64,000 nucleotides of DNA from Lingula anatina (GCA_051362555.1 CM120647.1:11818651-11882650), one strand, 5' to 3'. Shown: positions 11,768 to 27,800, counted from the first letter of the stretch. A program made the numbers and translations. The notes: generated by a model not told the origin, from the sequence alone.

Positions 11768-13483
11768 GGTGGCTAGGAATGGCGTCTGTATGCTACGTTT
11801 AACCTTGTTATTGACGATATTTAAACGCTGCGGTTCCGATTTTTATTTTCTTGCTCTATATTAAATAAAGGCGTTTTTCTAAAATACATCTTAGCTCCAA
11901 TAACGCATGTGGACTATTTCACTTTATTTTTCCATAACCACTTTTCGAAAACATGAATCTTATCTATTGTCATCTGTATTCCCCAGCAACGGCAGTTAAC
12001 ACTCTCTATAGAATACGCCTATACCATGCGTCCATACAGTGCGACTATGCAGTACTATTGGTTCCTACTGGGGGCCTTATATCCTCATAAATCATCGAAG
12101 ACAAAGCGGCCATCAACCGTCATGTAAAGGCTGTAATAGCACTTTCGCTGATAGCTTGTTCCACTTCACTCATATATTAATACCACCTTGACGTCCACTA
12201 CAGAGGTCGGTGTGTCTGCTAATACTGGACATACTTTGAATATGTCTATATAGTGACAATGAGAACTAACAAAACTATATAACGGAAATATCTCGTGGGA
12301 TAAATAAAAACAATTATATAAATCATTTTTGGCACCCTTTGTATTGGTATGCAGCTTTGTTTCATACTGAAAAGAATTAAGTCCATCAACTTTTCTTGAA
12401 CATTTCTTAAATGCTTTGTTTGGAATTTGTAGATACTTTTTACTTTTAGCAGACTGCGCTTTTAACATTATCAATTATTAAACGAATGATACGGTGTTAT
12501 TTGGACGGGGTAACTTGACTTTGGTACATATAATTATGTGTACGTCTGACACCCTAATTTAAAGTCAGATAATCTTAAATAAATCTAAAATAGTCTGTCT
12601 GTTTCTTATCTACAGGTTTTGTATTGTTTGTATATCACATAATCAGTTTATAACGCTGATTAATTAACCTGGAACCAATACATTTTAATTTGGTTTTCAT
12701 TAATTGTGTGACTGACACACGTACCTGGCTAATTAAAACACCTTCAGAATGAACCATGGGGAAAACTGGAACCTATTGGTGATCACCCAACCATAACAAT
12801 GAGGGACTTGAGCAGAAACTCCTATTTTGGTTGTGGGTTTATAGGTACTGGTACTGTGAAGTTTTATCTACACTTACATCTAACTTTATATTGGAAAGTT
12901 TAAATTAATTATAGTTGGCGTTAATGGTATAAGTAATACCCACGTTAACTGTGTTCTGATTGAGTATATTGTTCCACGTGTTGATTACACCTAATGTTCG
13001 CCCTAGATTTCGGGACCTCGAAAGCAAAACCACCAATCACTGCTGTAATACGACTAAGCCGTTTTGTCACATTAACATGTTGAGATGTGGAATGATCGAC
13101 CGCTAATTTACTTTTTTCTGCTATATATATATAAATACCGTGTGAGGAACTGTCCCTCATTGGAAGGATAGATGGATAGATAGAAAATGTTGTTATTCAT
13201 GGATATCATCATTTGGTTAGGTGATCCGTCACATGGTAACCAACAAGGCTTTGTTTTGCGCGGGTGATAACCTGTTGTGGTTTCGTTTACACCCAACATC
13301 AGCCACTCCAGGACCGCTCCGATTTCAATCAATTAGGAATAATCATCCCAATAACCAGGTAAGCCTGTGTAAGGACTCTCAGAAAAGCTACGGATCGATG
13401 GATAACTCTGGCGATGCCCATAGTACATACTATATAATGTCGCTGTAGTAGTATATTTGCTGTATATAACGCAGGGTGTTGTA

Positions 13484-13516
<33 letters not shown>

Positions 13517-16494
13517 CGGGGCCCATTTGGAGGTTAATAGCTCAAATATATGTAAGTATTTTATTCTATTATTTTGTTTCGGAGTTGATAGCTAATTGAA
13601 CAACATTTTCAAATTATCCAAGGAAATAGCATGTTCAGAAAAAACATTTTGGGCAATGATGTACATGGTGACAAAATCGTCGAAAACGGTCCAGGTGAGA
13701 TACCGCAGATGGATGGACCAGTTTCAATAAATTTCCTCATCAGTTCCAAATTACCAACTGAGTGAAAACATGTAAGGACACAGGAACATTGATGAAATCA
13801 AGTCGGAAAGATAAACCATGTGGTCGAATCGAAAGTTAGCTGCAAGATCGCCATAGAATGTGGACATATAGTGCCAGATTCTGTTGGTAGGAGTCCAAGT
13901 ATGCTATTAGCGCCGAGGCTCACATTAAAAAGTGCCTTGCAATGTTTAATTTTTAACAAGGGATGCAGAATGAAAACTTATTTCAATAGTTATCATATTA
14001 GTTTAAAAAACGAAGTTTTATTGTCTTTCTTTTTTTCTGGATTATAAGTTGTTAAGTTGTAAGTGTGTAGACGGATCACGTTTATACTGAAACACCGTTA
14101 AGTCACGTCGTGGAGGCAATTATTATTTCCAATTGTATCGATATTGGCTTAGATATGACATGTACACTGTATCTATTAGAAGGGCTGAAGAACCATACCG
14201 TTTAAGGGGGTGGGGAACTGAAACATCGGTCTGACACCCGATCGTCCGACATACATGTATCATTGTATGCACATAAAAATATTATTTTATGGTTGTGCGT
14301 GTGTGTGTGTGTGTGGGGGGGGGGGGGAGGGGGGAGGGGGCGCAAAAAAGAAAGTGAAACTGTAGAAGACAAATTCTACAAATTCTTCTTGACCGTCGGT
14401 GTTGAAGTACACTTTTGGGCTTTAAATTAAGATTCTGCTTCATTCTTTTCAGATTCGTCTAACTGAAGGCCTTGGCACGTCAAATGTCTGAGTGTGACGG
14501 AGTGTTCCCGGGATCCTTTCGCACTGGTTACGTTCCAAAGTCAAACATTAAAGGATTTTGTTAACTTCTGCAGGACACAAGGCGTTTTCACGTAGCCAAT
14601 GACAACAGTGGATGGCTTCCTGATACTTACAGCGCGTTTTTTGTGTTGACGTGGAGATAGGGGAGTGACGTTTTGAGTACACAGATCTTTTTGGAAAAAG
14701 AAACAGTCTGGATCGTCTTTAGCTACATTAAAAGGGAAATGTGTCTATGAATGTGTACATGGCTGCCTTATATGCTCGCAAAGGAGTGAAATAACTGACA
14801 GAAAACGCGGTGATCGTTTGTTTGGGATACTGAGATCAGAAGAACAAGACGAGTGCACAAATTATCCCGGTTTTCCATAATATTGACATCTTAAGCTGTG
14901 ATATTCAATATATCAGTCAATATTGCAACACGTGTTCAAACATTGAGAGCCATTTCTTTGCATAATTGTGAAAAAAAACATTGTTTTTGTTTTTATGGAT
15001 ACTAACACGCATTGTCTACATGCAGTGCTACTCCGACGTCGTACGTACAAAATTTACAGCCAATTTTAGACGTTTGGATAAAATAACGTGCTTCTACAGA
15101 GCAAGGCGCGGCGCACTTCACAAAAGACAAACACCATTGGAATGATTGATACGGAATCGATTTTAACCCTCAATATTCACTTGGCAATCTTCAAGTACCC
15201 CAGCGCAAACAGCCCTCAAAGGGTAATCTCTGGTTTTAAGGCTGTTATCATTAGCTGGATTGTCTGGCCGACGCTGGTGTATTCATGAGTTGCTGTCCGT
15301 CTGAAATGTCGTCTGCGGCGTGCACATCACGGTTTATTTCCAAGGCGCATTTGAGAAAGACAAAAACGATTGAATCTGGCGAACGCTGATATATTGGCTG
15401 ATTAATTCGAAGAACCAACTAAGTCCCTCGTTGCTGGATGACATTTAACTCTGATAATGACGCATGTGTTACAGTTGTTGAACTAGATTTTAAGGAAACG
15501 GGGTACATGGAATCTCGTCTGCTGTTCCAATTTTGCACACAGAGCTAGTTATAGACGTGCATGCCTTTCCAAGAACCCTACCAGGAAGCTGGATACTGAC
15601 GTTAATCAGAAGCACGGAGAGTGTCGTGCGTTTTATTATGACATTTCACTTAATGGCGACTGGGTACAGCAAAACTTAAAGATGTCACGCGCTTGACTCT
15701 GTTTGGCATTCACTTATGATATCTGTATGGAGTTCCGATTGGCAAATGGCGTCTTATTGATAGACGGAGAACTAATTGGAGATAAATAATGGATGTTTAA
15801 ACAACAAGGGACGTTCATATAGACAGATGCTGAGAAGGGAATTACCGATATCAACATGATTATTCAACTTAACGGGTGTGAAAACAAGAATATGGTTCTA
15901 CAAAACCGTTCTCAGATTGCCAGCAAAACAATTGCTGTTAAAAATTGAGCTCTTTTCTTGAAGACGACAGACATGATTTAGAATAACACGGTCTGTTCAT
16001 TAGAAAATGGAGCCGCATAAAGAAAAATAAAGACTTTTTCTACACCATTTCATGGAAATGACCTGTAGCATTTATGTCGCTGACGTACCTCTATAAAGAA
16101 CGTTAAGGCAACACGTACGCATCAGTCATGACATTTACACAGATCGTGTGACATTAGACATATTTATATATCCCACTTGCTTGGAAAGTGTTTACCCTTT
16201 CAAACCTTTACAAACCACTGAAGTGTTTAACCGAAACGCTCACAACAAACAACGGCCGTGAAGGTTGACTAAATGTTTGATCAAGTATGTAAAAAGGCAC
16301 CATTTATTCCACTGACGTTAAGAAAAATACATTCGTGATTAATTCGCTTGAACGAAGACGGCAACAGCCATCAGTCGCTTTAAAAAAAGTCTTGAAATGG
16401 AGACGGAATAAAGGGAAGCGTTTACTTTTCAGTGAAGCTAGTTTTATTATAGACGTGATTTCTATTGGATAAGAGAACATCAAGGCATTCACCC

Positions 16495-17769
16495 ATGGAC
16501 AAATCCCGGCCTGTATCAGTAGCGGCGTATCATTTATTACCGGGGATGGCTGGGACGTACGACATTTCCACCGCTGCAACTGTCTCTGGCAACAAAGACC
16601 GTGACTCACGCGACGTAACGCCAGTCACGCTGACAGCGTCACACGGAAGCCTCGAGGACAGCATTGTGTCGGCCGGAGATGTGGAGATGGAAAACGTGGT
16701 CACAACGTCTACCACGCATGCGCGTGGAATAACCGGAAGAGGCTTACCAAGTGTTGATGAAAACGATGACTCCTTGATTACATCCTGCGTGAAAAGTGGG
16801 GAGGATATCACCGGACACACTCAGCATGGTGAGCAACATTGTAAGCTTGAGCAGGTCCGAAAACAGTCCACTGTCAGTGAATTGAACACGCCCAGCACCG
16901 CATTTCGGCCTAAAGCTCTGCTCTGGAGAAAAGCGTTTCAGAAAATCCAAGAGGAGCACGCGAACAATCTGGATCAGGGTTCACGGTGGGCGAGGTCGAT
17001 TTCGGAAACGCTGCGCCGACGCTCAGTGGCTGAAGTCGCGCGCATGAACACCGCGTCTCTGGATGGACAATCCGTCTCATCATTTTCGCAAAAGACGCCG
17101 GGACCCGCCGGTGGTGTTGGCCTGAGCAAGGTGTCTCCTGAACCCAACATGACTGGTTCCACGTTGGAAAGCCTCGCGGACACCGAATACGCGAGCGAGG
17201 AGTACCTCAACAGTGGACGGCGTTTTCGCGGACTTCTTCTTCCCACATGTAACGTCACCTTTAAATATAGAGTCATGGAAAAACTGTTTCAGAGATATTT
17301 CAGAAGGCAGAAACTTCACGCTTTGGTGGAAATTAACATAGTGGAAATATTTCTGAATCTTCTGCTTCTGATACTTTACGTGTCGTTCAATTTGCGCTCT
17401 ATGGACGTGGCTAAGCCGGCCACTTACACGACCATAGTCTTATGCCTCATGCTACTGACCGGGTCGTTGTTTTACAAGAAGATCAGGAAATATGGCTTAA
17501 AGATGTTTTGTATAATCACGTGGATAATATTGTCAGCACAGCCTTTAATATCCATGGCTTTCACCTTCATATCAAAGGGGGATCAGCCGATGACTATACT
17601 CACCTATGACGCCTGGTATAGTCTGGTGGTGATTTACGCTACCTATACACGGCTTCACTTGAATCTCGGGTGGAGCGTGTCCTTGGCGGTGCTGTCCTCT
17701 TTGGGGTTTTTGGCGGAGGCAGGCATGCTTTTGATTTGGGGACATACGGCAGGGTCGCTCCCGAAAGAG
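16495..17769 (+). CDS. ADCY8: ADCY8-like coding exon 1 (long N-terminus plus first TM helices)
   Basis: First in-frame ATG (cccATGg) after an upstream stop; RGLLLPT..F....MEKLFQRYF motif, hydrophobic helices; donor GAG|gtgaga at 17770. Confidence 0.9.
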
Positions 17770-20700
17770 GTGAGAATCTATTTCCGTTTTATTACCTCAT
17801 TAGATTAAGTAGATTTTTAGATTTTATTACCCCATTAGATTAAATAGTGATACAGTCGGATGTGTCATTTTGAGAGGCCCGTGTTATCATTGTTTTCTTT
17901 TAAAACCTACAAACCTACGTCACTGTTCATTTGCAATGCTCTTCTGGCGGAAAGTCCTCTAAAACCTGGGGATATGTAAACCCTATATGAAAACACTTGT
18001 AAGACGTGTCATAATATCACTAAAAGCCATTTAAAATCCAATCCTCCAAAATGCCATTCGCCACATCATTGACATAACTAGCCCCATTTCACAGATAAAT
18101 ATTTAAATATTCATCTGTATTGCAATGAATACAATACAACAATGTTGCAACCCCCATATAAATATAGTTGCGCAATAACTTTGGCTCAACCAAGCAAAAA
18201 CTAACTGCTGTATCTAGAACTGCATGAAACCTTCCCGTTAGATCTATCGGTCGCTAACCCTACCGCTACTGTAATACGTTCCGGTAAGATCGATTACCGT
18301 TAGTTTTAATTCATTACGTTATTGTTTCTCCCGTAACCCATTATCACCATTTCCTGTTGAACATTATCTCTCCCAGTTTGATCAGATTGAAATAAGTGAA
18401 TTAAGTGCAGATTGCAGAAAATTAAATTTTGTGAAAAAAGAGCTGATGCATCAATGAATCATAGCATTGAAGTAGAACGGTTTAAGATAAAGATTAAACA
18501 TCTGAGACGTTAGATGACATAATCATGATAATCATAAAAGCTCCTTACCCTTCACGTAGGGTCAACCTGATTACCTTGTTGCATATATTGAATCTTGCAG
18601 TAAATATTGTCAGAATATGTGATTTGCGATCTTTGTTCTCACACTTTATGTGACTGACCAAACAACCTAGAATGCCGAAGTAATGATTCACGTATTCATT
18701 TTACCTTTTGAATTCATACCCCCGAATCGCTCACGTTAAAAAAAAAAAAAACATATCTCAAAAAAGATCTGTGTGCTGAATCTCCTTCACGATCTAATTG
18801 TTAAAGCGTGTTAAGAAATTCTTTATCTGGTCTTTTTCAAAATATTTATCATTCCAGTGCCTATCATTCCACGTTTGGATCCAGGTATCACGTCAGCAAA
18901 GACTTCTGCAGTACTGCAATAAGTGTTTTGACTAGCTTTAAAATCAAATCCATATTCATAAGAATCCAATATCAAGTATTTTGATGGTTATGTAAGTTCA
19001 AGCGATTAAATACTTACTTGTCGGTCGCGTGTGTTGTAGGTGCCATAATGACAGTATTAAAGCGTGTTTTTTTTCTTGGTATGGATGGCGTGCTCTTTTT
19101 TATGGCATTTTATGGCATTTTGTGATGCTAACAAAAAGAAAGAAAAAAATATCAGAACCTTGACATTCGTCTCGTGGTCTCATTAACACATCAACATGTA
19201 CTTCCTGTTAGCGTATTCTAAACGAAGGTGTCTGACGGTTACAAAGTCTGCCACATGTTTGTTAAAACAGCTGTCTCATTGCAAGGTGACAACGCAGTTT
19301 GGTGAAGTGTCGTCTGCAAATGTTCGCATCCCGACATTTCATCTCCACGCCGCGATATAAACAACTCTCCAGGAGCCTCCCTCACACAAGACACAAGATT
19401 CCTTTAATTAAAGTGCGTTATCTGGCAATTATTTTGTATGAATCTGGTGAAGGCAGTAGAAGACCATTCAGAAGGATATTACCTTAATTAAACTACAGTG
19501 TACTGTTGTTTACGTGGATTACGTAGAACTTTTAAGCAAGATGGGTTAAAATTGAGCATTTACCGCACTTCTATCTCTTCTCCGCCGTGGAATGGAAAAG
19601 TACACCTAGTTTACACCCTGCAGAAGGGAATCAACTGCACTATATTCTACTCCCCCCCCCCCCCTCCTTCAAGCACGCTATGGAGACACAATTTGAGGGT
19701 ATAGACAAAGGTCAGCACTCAAAAAGGTCAGCACTCACGAAAAGAACTTCGGCCAATGAATAGATTAAATCGAAACAGTTTTTCAAAAACACTATAGCAA
19801 GAGAATCATAGAGAACAGTTATCGTCAAAGTTCTAAAAAAAAAACAAACAAAAAAAAAAGAGGGCAGAGAGATAGAAAGAAAGAGAACGAAAAACACAAA
19901 GGTCACGCGTATCTGCGGTATAATCTCTCGCAGGGAGCATGCAATCAACAAGATGTATTGGCTTGTTTTGCCATTGATCGTTCATGAAATGGATATTGTC
20001 GGGCTTTAAGTCCAGTATGATGCTTGGAACACAGGGGGTATATCTATCAATTCTTCCATAAAACCATTAAATGCCCCGTCGCGGTTTCACTTTATAATTA
20101 GACACATTTTCCAGTCTTTGCTGGCTCATTTTGAAGGATAGGCAACTTATTAGACAACTTGTGCGGAAGAGAAATGCCAAAAAGAAAACCCCCGCTCTCC
20201 ACGCAGCCGGCTAATTAAAGTTTTGTGTTCACAACAGGAAACGGACCTATGGATAAATTGAGAAAAAGGTGGGGAGGCTGTGGTGATGGTGGTTTGGGGG
20301 GGGGGGGGAGGGGAGGGGGCTCTGTACTAGTACTAGTAGCCTTACTACTGCTAACATGGAAAAGCGTAATACTCCGATAGATCAAATATTACCAGAAACA
20401 GATGACTTATATACCTCCAGTATTTCACACCATCTGCTGCCACCTTAATAAGATTCACTGCGTTACATGCTAAAACCGTTTATTCTGATTACATTTGTGC
20501 TAGAAAACAGACCGTTTTGTAATTGTCCTGGATATTATCATGATATCGAATGTATAATTTTAGTAAGAGATCGAAGTAATTAGATTATCCACACCTGAGC
20601 AAATGGGTTTAAGACAAACAGAGGGGGTGGGGGGTGCATACATTGCCAAAGAAACAAAAGCGCCAACAGACAAACAACAAGCATACCAACATGTACATAG

Positions 20701-21779
20701 GCAGACAGCAGTCGAAACGTACAGGGAACTGATAAAAGAAGCATTCTAATAACGTTTTGTGTATGCTGGGTTGGTTAACCGAGCGATCTAGTAGGCCCCA
20801 TCCAATACAAAACGACCAGGAAAGCGTGGTCAATTCCAGATAACGGTTTATGGACAATATATTACATCTCTCATTCTACGTCTGTCATTTGCAGCTTTGG
20901 AAAGGTTTATGTAATTCCTTTCACAAAAGTCAAATACTTGGTAAAGCTGCGGTTTCTAGGAAATCATTTATCTTTCCAAAGCAGGCGCGGGTAATGTAAC
21001 GACTTGATTGCTTCACAAAGGTCGAATTGTTTAGAGGAACAATAACAGGGGACAAATGACAATTCAAATGGAATAATTCTGTCGTGAACTGGAAATTAGA
21101 GAAATTTGTTTTATCTTGTCTTAGTTACAGAGTATGAAGACTGACAAAACGATGATATGAAATGAACGACTAGGAATTACATAATTACATTATTAATTAA
21201 GTTTGCTAATGTAAACAACTTTATAGATGAAATAAGCAACGGTGCATACACGGTACAGGCAGCCAATTTATTTGATCGTCAGTTATGATTTGATTTGGAT
21301 AAACGTTTTTTTTTTTTTTTTGGCATTGTTATATATATATATGTTAATTGGTCATTTACCAATTCAAGCAAACGTGATTATCTAATGTCCTAAGACGTAT
21401 TTAATTGCCCGGAATACATTAACATGCGAATTTGTGTGTTCTGTTTTGTTGTTTGTACATGTATATTGGCATATTTTATCACGTTATGCCTCACAGACCA
21501 ACAGTTGAACTTCGTCCAGAAATAAGTTGCGGTCATCTGTGGCCGTCATGAGCATCTTTGAAAAACCTTAAAATTATTAATTTTTTGTTTGTATGTTTAT
21601 TTTATTACACCATGTGTTATATGAGAATACAATTTTGAACCAGTATATCCATTTAGTACGTTATTCAAAAAGTATACATAGCTCAGGTCAACTGAAGTCT
21701 GTCACTTTGTGATATCTCAGCATCAAGGCAGTATTATCTTATCTTTATTCGAGTTTTTACATATAACTTCCGCCAATAA

Positions 21780-21822
<43 letters not shown>

Positions 21823-24800
21823 TTGCTTCTGTAAGTTTGTTGTATAACCGGCTTCTTAATACCAATGTCACAGATTGATTTTTCACTAGATATTCACAAA
21901 TATGTCTCTGGATAATTCCCGACACGATTCTCATCGCGCTAGAGAAAACTGCACATAATTAATCTGCGGCCCTGGTAGAGGGTATTAACTCAAAACGTTT
22001 TTGTATAGGTCAGACCAGCTTATAATCAATAAGAATCTTGTAATGATCAATAACATTATCTAATTAATAAATATAATTAAGCTGTCTTGGCGGAGGTCTT
22101 CGCTTCCTGAAAGGTGTTCAAGTTTCTGTTGAAACATTATGTTGTTTTAGCTGGCAGAGCAACGTGCCAACTCACCGACAGCACAAATTTTTATTCCCTC
22201 GAGTAAAATAATCCCTTTAAGTTGTATTTTACCAGTGTTCATCTTAGGCCATACAGGGATATATCGAGCCACGGCGGGGGGGGGGGGGGGGGGGGGTGAG
22301 GGGGGTGAGGGGGGTTACTTTCCCCTTTTTACAGCACCCAAAGTACCAATAAAATTTTATAAAAATAAAATTTAAAAAATAAAAATAAAAATAAAAAAAC
22401 GTGTCCAACGCCAGGCTTCTGTTTATGTGACTCTCTTACGTAAGAGCTAGGTTATTAAGAAGCCAATGGGTCAAAGAATACCTCTCCACGTGAAAAGGAT
22501 CCTACAAGTATATACATAAATATGCATTATTTTATGCTATTCAGCGTAATGTAAAAGACATGATTCAGTCAATGCATAATCAATTGCATTACGAATTCAC
22601 AATGTGCGTAATCAAAGTATTATTTGAGCACCATTCCATTTACATAAATATACGCGAAGTTACTCGTATTACACAATTTGTTTTCCATTTCATTAGCAAA
22701 AGGGAATCTCAGAGCGAGTGGAAATTGACGTGATTACCATCGACTTTCGCTTCTACTCTTTCAGCTTATTGTATTTGAATGCATTACGGCGTTAAATTTC
22801 CTGTTGATTTAGTTTACGTAACTCATGTGATGTATCTGGGAGCTGACTACAATGAGCATTGATTCGATGATTCCTTAATCTATGTCTGGTCGCGTTACTA
22901 TCTCTTAACTTCATTAACAAAGGATTTGCTGACCTTGATGAAGATTTTGTAAGAACGGCTGTACCAGTGACATTGGTAAACCGTAGTTCTACAGCTTAAG
23001 CTAGAAGGCTGGGTTCAGAATTTTATATAATTCCATCAAAACGATGTTAACCGGCTGATTTTTTTTCTTTTGATTTACTTATTGATTATTTCACTCCCAC
23101 TAAATATAAATCCTCGAAGATAGAAAAATAAAATAAATGAAAGAAATTAGAACATTTGCACATGTAGCACATGGCGCACTTCCATTAAGATTAAATTTGT
23201 GTTTTCGCAGTATAGAGGCTGGATCTTCCTCCGGATCTTCCTTTGAAGCACCATGCCGCCTCATTGTCCATGTTACATTATCCGTTATCCGTTTCAGATA
23301 GCCAGCATGATCCTCCTACATCTCTGTGTTCATATAGCCGGTGTCTCCACTAACTTCCTAACTGACCGTGCCCAGAGAAAGGCGTTCCTAGAGATCAGGA
23401 AGTGTGTAGAGTGCAGGTACCGCCTGGAAAAAGAAAATGAAAATCAGGTAAAAGTGTTCCTTTTCAGGTCTCAAATTGCCTTTTTATTTTTCAGAAATTA
23501 ATTATTTTTAGATGCTAACTTGTCTTCTTCTTCTTCTTTAGTCGCCATTTGTCGCCCTGGTCGTCAGTGGTGACCAATTTTTGTGGTTGACCCCCCCAAA
23601 CAAACACACAAACACACACACACACACACACACACGCACACCTCAGCACACCCAGTGTCATCTTCACTCATACATTTTAATTCATACCTTAATCCATTGA
23701 CGTCTTTATACCAATATAACGTACACGTAATACAATATGTCTAACGCTCAGAGCTTGGATATCCATAGTATTTCTCAATGGGAATCAATTGAAAAAAAAT
23801 TAACCCTAACTTTTGGCACCGCTTGACGTCCCGCTTGAGGTGGGCTTAACTTGTCAATTTTTGTTCTTTTTGCCTTAACTTCTGACTCTGCTCTCCCAAC
23901 AATCCTGCAAAATATCGTTTGAACTTACGAGAATTTGTGCCAGGCCCGTAGCCAGCAATTTTAAAAGTGGGGTTCTTTTTCTGAAAAATTGGACCTTTTT
24001 CCATAAAAACTTCGTGAACTTAGATCAAATGTTACCCAGAGTGGACCTCATCCCAGCAAAAGGGGCGGTTCTTTCGAACCCCCCGAACCCCCCCCCCCCC
24101 CCCCCCCGGCTACGGGCCTGTGTACCAACTTGAATGATTCCCGATGTCCGCCAAAGAACTCAAGGTAATCAATGGATGCAAGCCCACCGCCTTTCCGCAG
24201 ATAGTCGTAGACATGTATTGTTAAACGAAACTGAATGCCCCCACCCAGCCTTGTGTACCAGTAAAACACATAAAAAACAGACTGACCAGTTCTTGCGAAA
24301 AAGATTTACCATAATTTGGAGTTCCTAAAAAAATGAGTGATTTCACATTTCAGTTGTATAATTGGCTTTATAAGAGATACATTGCCGCATGGTCAGATGA
24401 CGGTCAAGATTAGACATTACCAATTGTATTTCTGTTTCAAAGGTGCATGAACCAATTTGAGGAGAAAGGAAATTGCTTCCTTGTGTTTCGCTCCTAATCA
24501 AGATCGATGTCATAAGAACCTCTGGAAATATTTGACTTATCGAAAACAGCTTCTGCGTTAAGTGCCAAGTGCAATTTGAAGATACTCGTCTTGTCATGTC
24601 GAATTGTCAAAACAAAGTCCAATTTATCGACCTTTCATCTAGCGTTGTTGAAGAAGAAATATTAAAACTGCACGTTAGACATGCCTCCAATTAAATGTTC
24701 GACAAAATTTACCAAAAGGTTTCTGCAATGTTATTAGGTCTACTGTATTAACTCAACATGGGATTTATTACTGTGACATTGGACCCCGCATGTCTTGGAG

Positions 24801-27800
24801 AATTCTAGAGCGACAAATTAGTTTGAGTAACGCGACGCTTTTATCAATTCCAACTTATTGCAATGACAAAAAAGATCTGTCAGATAAGATTTGGTTTAGA
24901 TAAATGAGACCTGAAGTTAAAGCGTTACAAATTGTGCGGAGTGTAAGTTTGGCATCCTTTTAATCTTAAAAAACCTCATACATGTAACTGAACAAATTAA
25001 TCTGTTCTCTTTCAAACTATTTGTATATACGGAATAAAATAAGGTAATAGTAAATGACATAGAAAGATATCAATTTTAAATTATATAATTGAAAGTGTTA
25101 ATATAGTGTAAATATAAGAAGACAGACGTATCATTGCTGATAGCATGTTATAGCATAAACAGATATCAACAGGTTTAGAGTATCAAAAATGCACAATATC
25201 GACTCTCAAAATGTTGTTTTCTTTCGTTACGACCTTCGTTCCTTTCTGCATGTCTTTCTTTCTTTCTTTCATTTTGTTCGGATATGATTATGTTCCCTTT
25301 AATAATATGACACGTGCCACGTAAAACAGCAAAAACGTCAGTGCGCATGGAGGCGCAACTTTATATTTCTCTTTTAAAAACGAGGACTCTCAATTTAGAA
25401 CACTGTACGCAGCGGAACAGAAGGAACAGAACATTCATTAATCACTCTCAGCTCCTTTGTTTAGCTCATCTATCATAGTTACCTCAGTGAACAGCGTATT
25501 GCGAAGGGAACACGCCGGAAGAAGATATCATTTTCAATGTTTGATCGTGAAAATCTACCTGTTACTTTCTGATATATTACCACCAATGTTGAAATGTGCA
25601 TCAACGAAACTTCTCTTCTGCTGCTTAACCAGACGTAGAACGTTAATGACTTGAAACAATTTATAATATGCTTTAGCTGTGTCCCAAGATGTGAATAAAA
25701 TATAACAAATCGCGTGGGATGATTTTAAGTGTTAATACAAAACCAAGTATTGTGATTGGTAGCCATTATAGTAAAGACTTTGCTCAGTCATATTTAAGAC
25801 TTCTCAGAGTCACTATAGTTGTGAAATCCATAGCAACTGTAGATAAAGCGTGTATGCTTAAAATGACAGTATGACAGGTGACAGTGACTGTGACAGCGAC
25901 AGAAATGAACAAAAACAGTCGTCACTGTGTTAATAGACTTTGCTGTAGGACTAAAATAAATTTTGACATTTGGCATTTACTATAATGTATATTTATGGGA
26001 ATCGAGACCAAAATCTCTTCCAATGAATATTTTGTATGAATAATAACATGTACCCCTCTTTGCATTTTAATACTATTAAAATAAGTGAAAGACTTTACTC
26101 GAGAATTTAAATGGATTCCTTTAATTCTCTCGCAGGAACGCCTCCTACTGTCAGTTCTCCCGCGCTTCGTGGCCTTGGAGATGATCACAGACTTGGCGAA
26201 GGAAGAAGAAAATGGCGAACGTCGTCTGCCGTCTCAGTTTCACAAGATCTACATTCATCGATATCAGGACGTCAGGTAAAACGGGGGTAATAAATATAAT
26301 TATAGAACGATTGGTAGAAAATATCTAAAATAAGTAAATAATTACTTTGCATTTGATAACGTTCATGCTATCTTCTGTAGAAATGACCTTTTTGGTACCC
26401 ACCTTGTACCGGTATATAATGCCATCATCGTGACATCATAAATAAACAGACGTCATTGATTTGAACTGACGTCATCTCAGTTTTGATGCTGAAACATGTA
26501 TTGATGACAGGGTATGTTTTAAAGCTATTCTTTAATGAGTTGATATACTAAAATGCTTCTCTTTCGAAAGCCCAGATCACGTCACATGCCTCACGGCTCA
26601 TAATTTAAGAGGATGCATTTAATTTTTTTTTCTTTTTTTACGTCCAAATGCCGATGTTTGTCTAGATCCTTTGCAACTCCATCATGGAATAGAGCTATTC
26701 AGGTTGTTATTGAGGCAGGGGGGTCATACCGTGCATGTACAGGCCATTCACCTTAACAAATTGACAAGGGGAATACACAACCTCACATGAACTAAACATT
26801 TGGACACTTAATTTATTATCTTCTTCCGCCGATATGTGAAATGGAGATCATTTCCGCAGCGGAAGCCAATCAGTTGTATTAAGCGCGTGGTGCACAGGGT
26901 GAAGAGACACGTGAATCTCTAATACCGCGACTGGAGCTTCAAACAATAGGAAAATTGTACTTGTATTTCGCATACAGGCTTCCCTGTATTTTGGTACGAT
27001 TCGGTACTTTCATCCTACAATCCTGTTGGAAGCGCAAGCCGTGTTTTATGTCAATTACAACTAGTCGTTTACAAGTACTCGTCGTCCATTGTATACAGTG
27101 GACGACTCGTGTTGGAACTTTCATATGGGGGCCTTGAGGTGATACAGTGTATGTCCCAAATGGAAAAGAAAATCTCGGAAAAACATTATCACCTCTTGGA
27201 AGAACACGGTGCTCAAGTGGATGGTTATTTTTCGTAATTTATGCTAAAATATATCTATATTTATTTATGTGATTTTAGTGTTATTAATTTATTTATTTTT
27301 GACTTGATGTCGGTTGACCCATTAGCCTGCTGTTAAGGTGAACGGTACCAAACGTGAACGAGCCGTCTACACCGCTGAAAGTTGACTTTAAGTAGCAAGC
27401 TAGTTGATCTAAACAACATACCTCTCGACCAAGGCGGTTAATTGTCTTTGGCGGACATTGCACTAACGGGCTCATCAACTTAATACGCAGTAACACATAT
27501 GGCATAAGGTCAAAGAGATATATTAAACGGGTTGCCTTTAAATGTAGATTCTCTGTGATGCATTGACTTGAAAGTGGCTTGAAAGTAAAACCCAGTGTTT
27601 CTGAATCTTATACTGGTAGATAGCTATATAGCGTTATGCTAGTGGTATATTCCTGTGTGATTCATTGCCAATTACGATTCCGAAAGATTAACATGGGCAG
27701 TTTGTAAATGTCAATAAGTACATTTTTGTCTTTTTTTCTTTTTGGACATGTCATCAGGTTTCCAAATATCCCTTCATGATGGAATATGAGAACGTACAGT

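Noticed and set aside
16465-16494. ORF track start at 16465
   Set aside because: It is a TTG; the first in-frame ATG in good context is at 16495.
16304-17319. Several antisense ORFs of 70-100 aa
   Set aside because: Shadows of the GC-richer ADCY exon 1 with no recognisable motifs.
17788-17848. ~26-bp tandem duplication after ADCY exon 1 (similar short duplications at ~36862-36921, 48823-48853, 53140-53192)
   Set aside because: Ordinary local slippage duplications with no splice or coding consequence.
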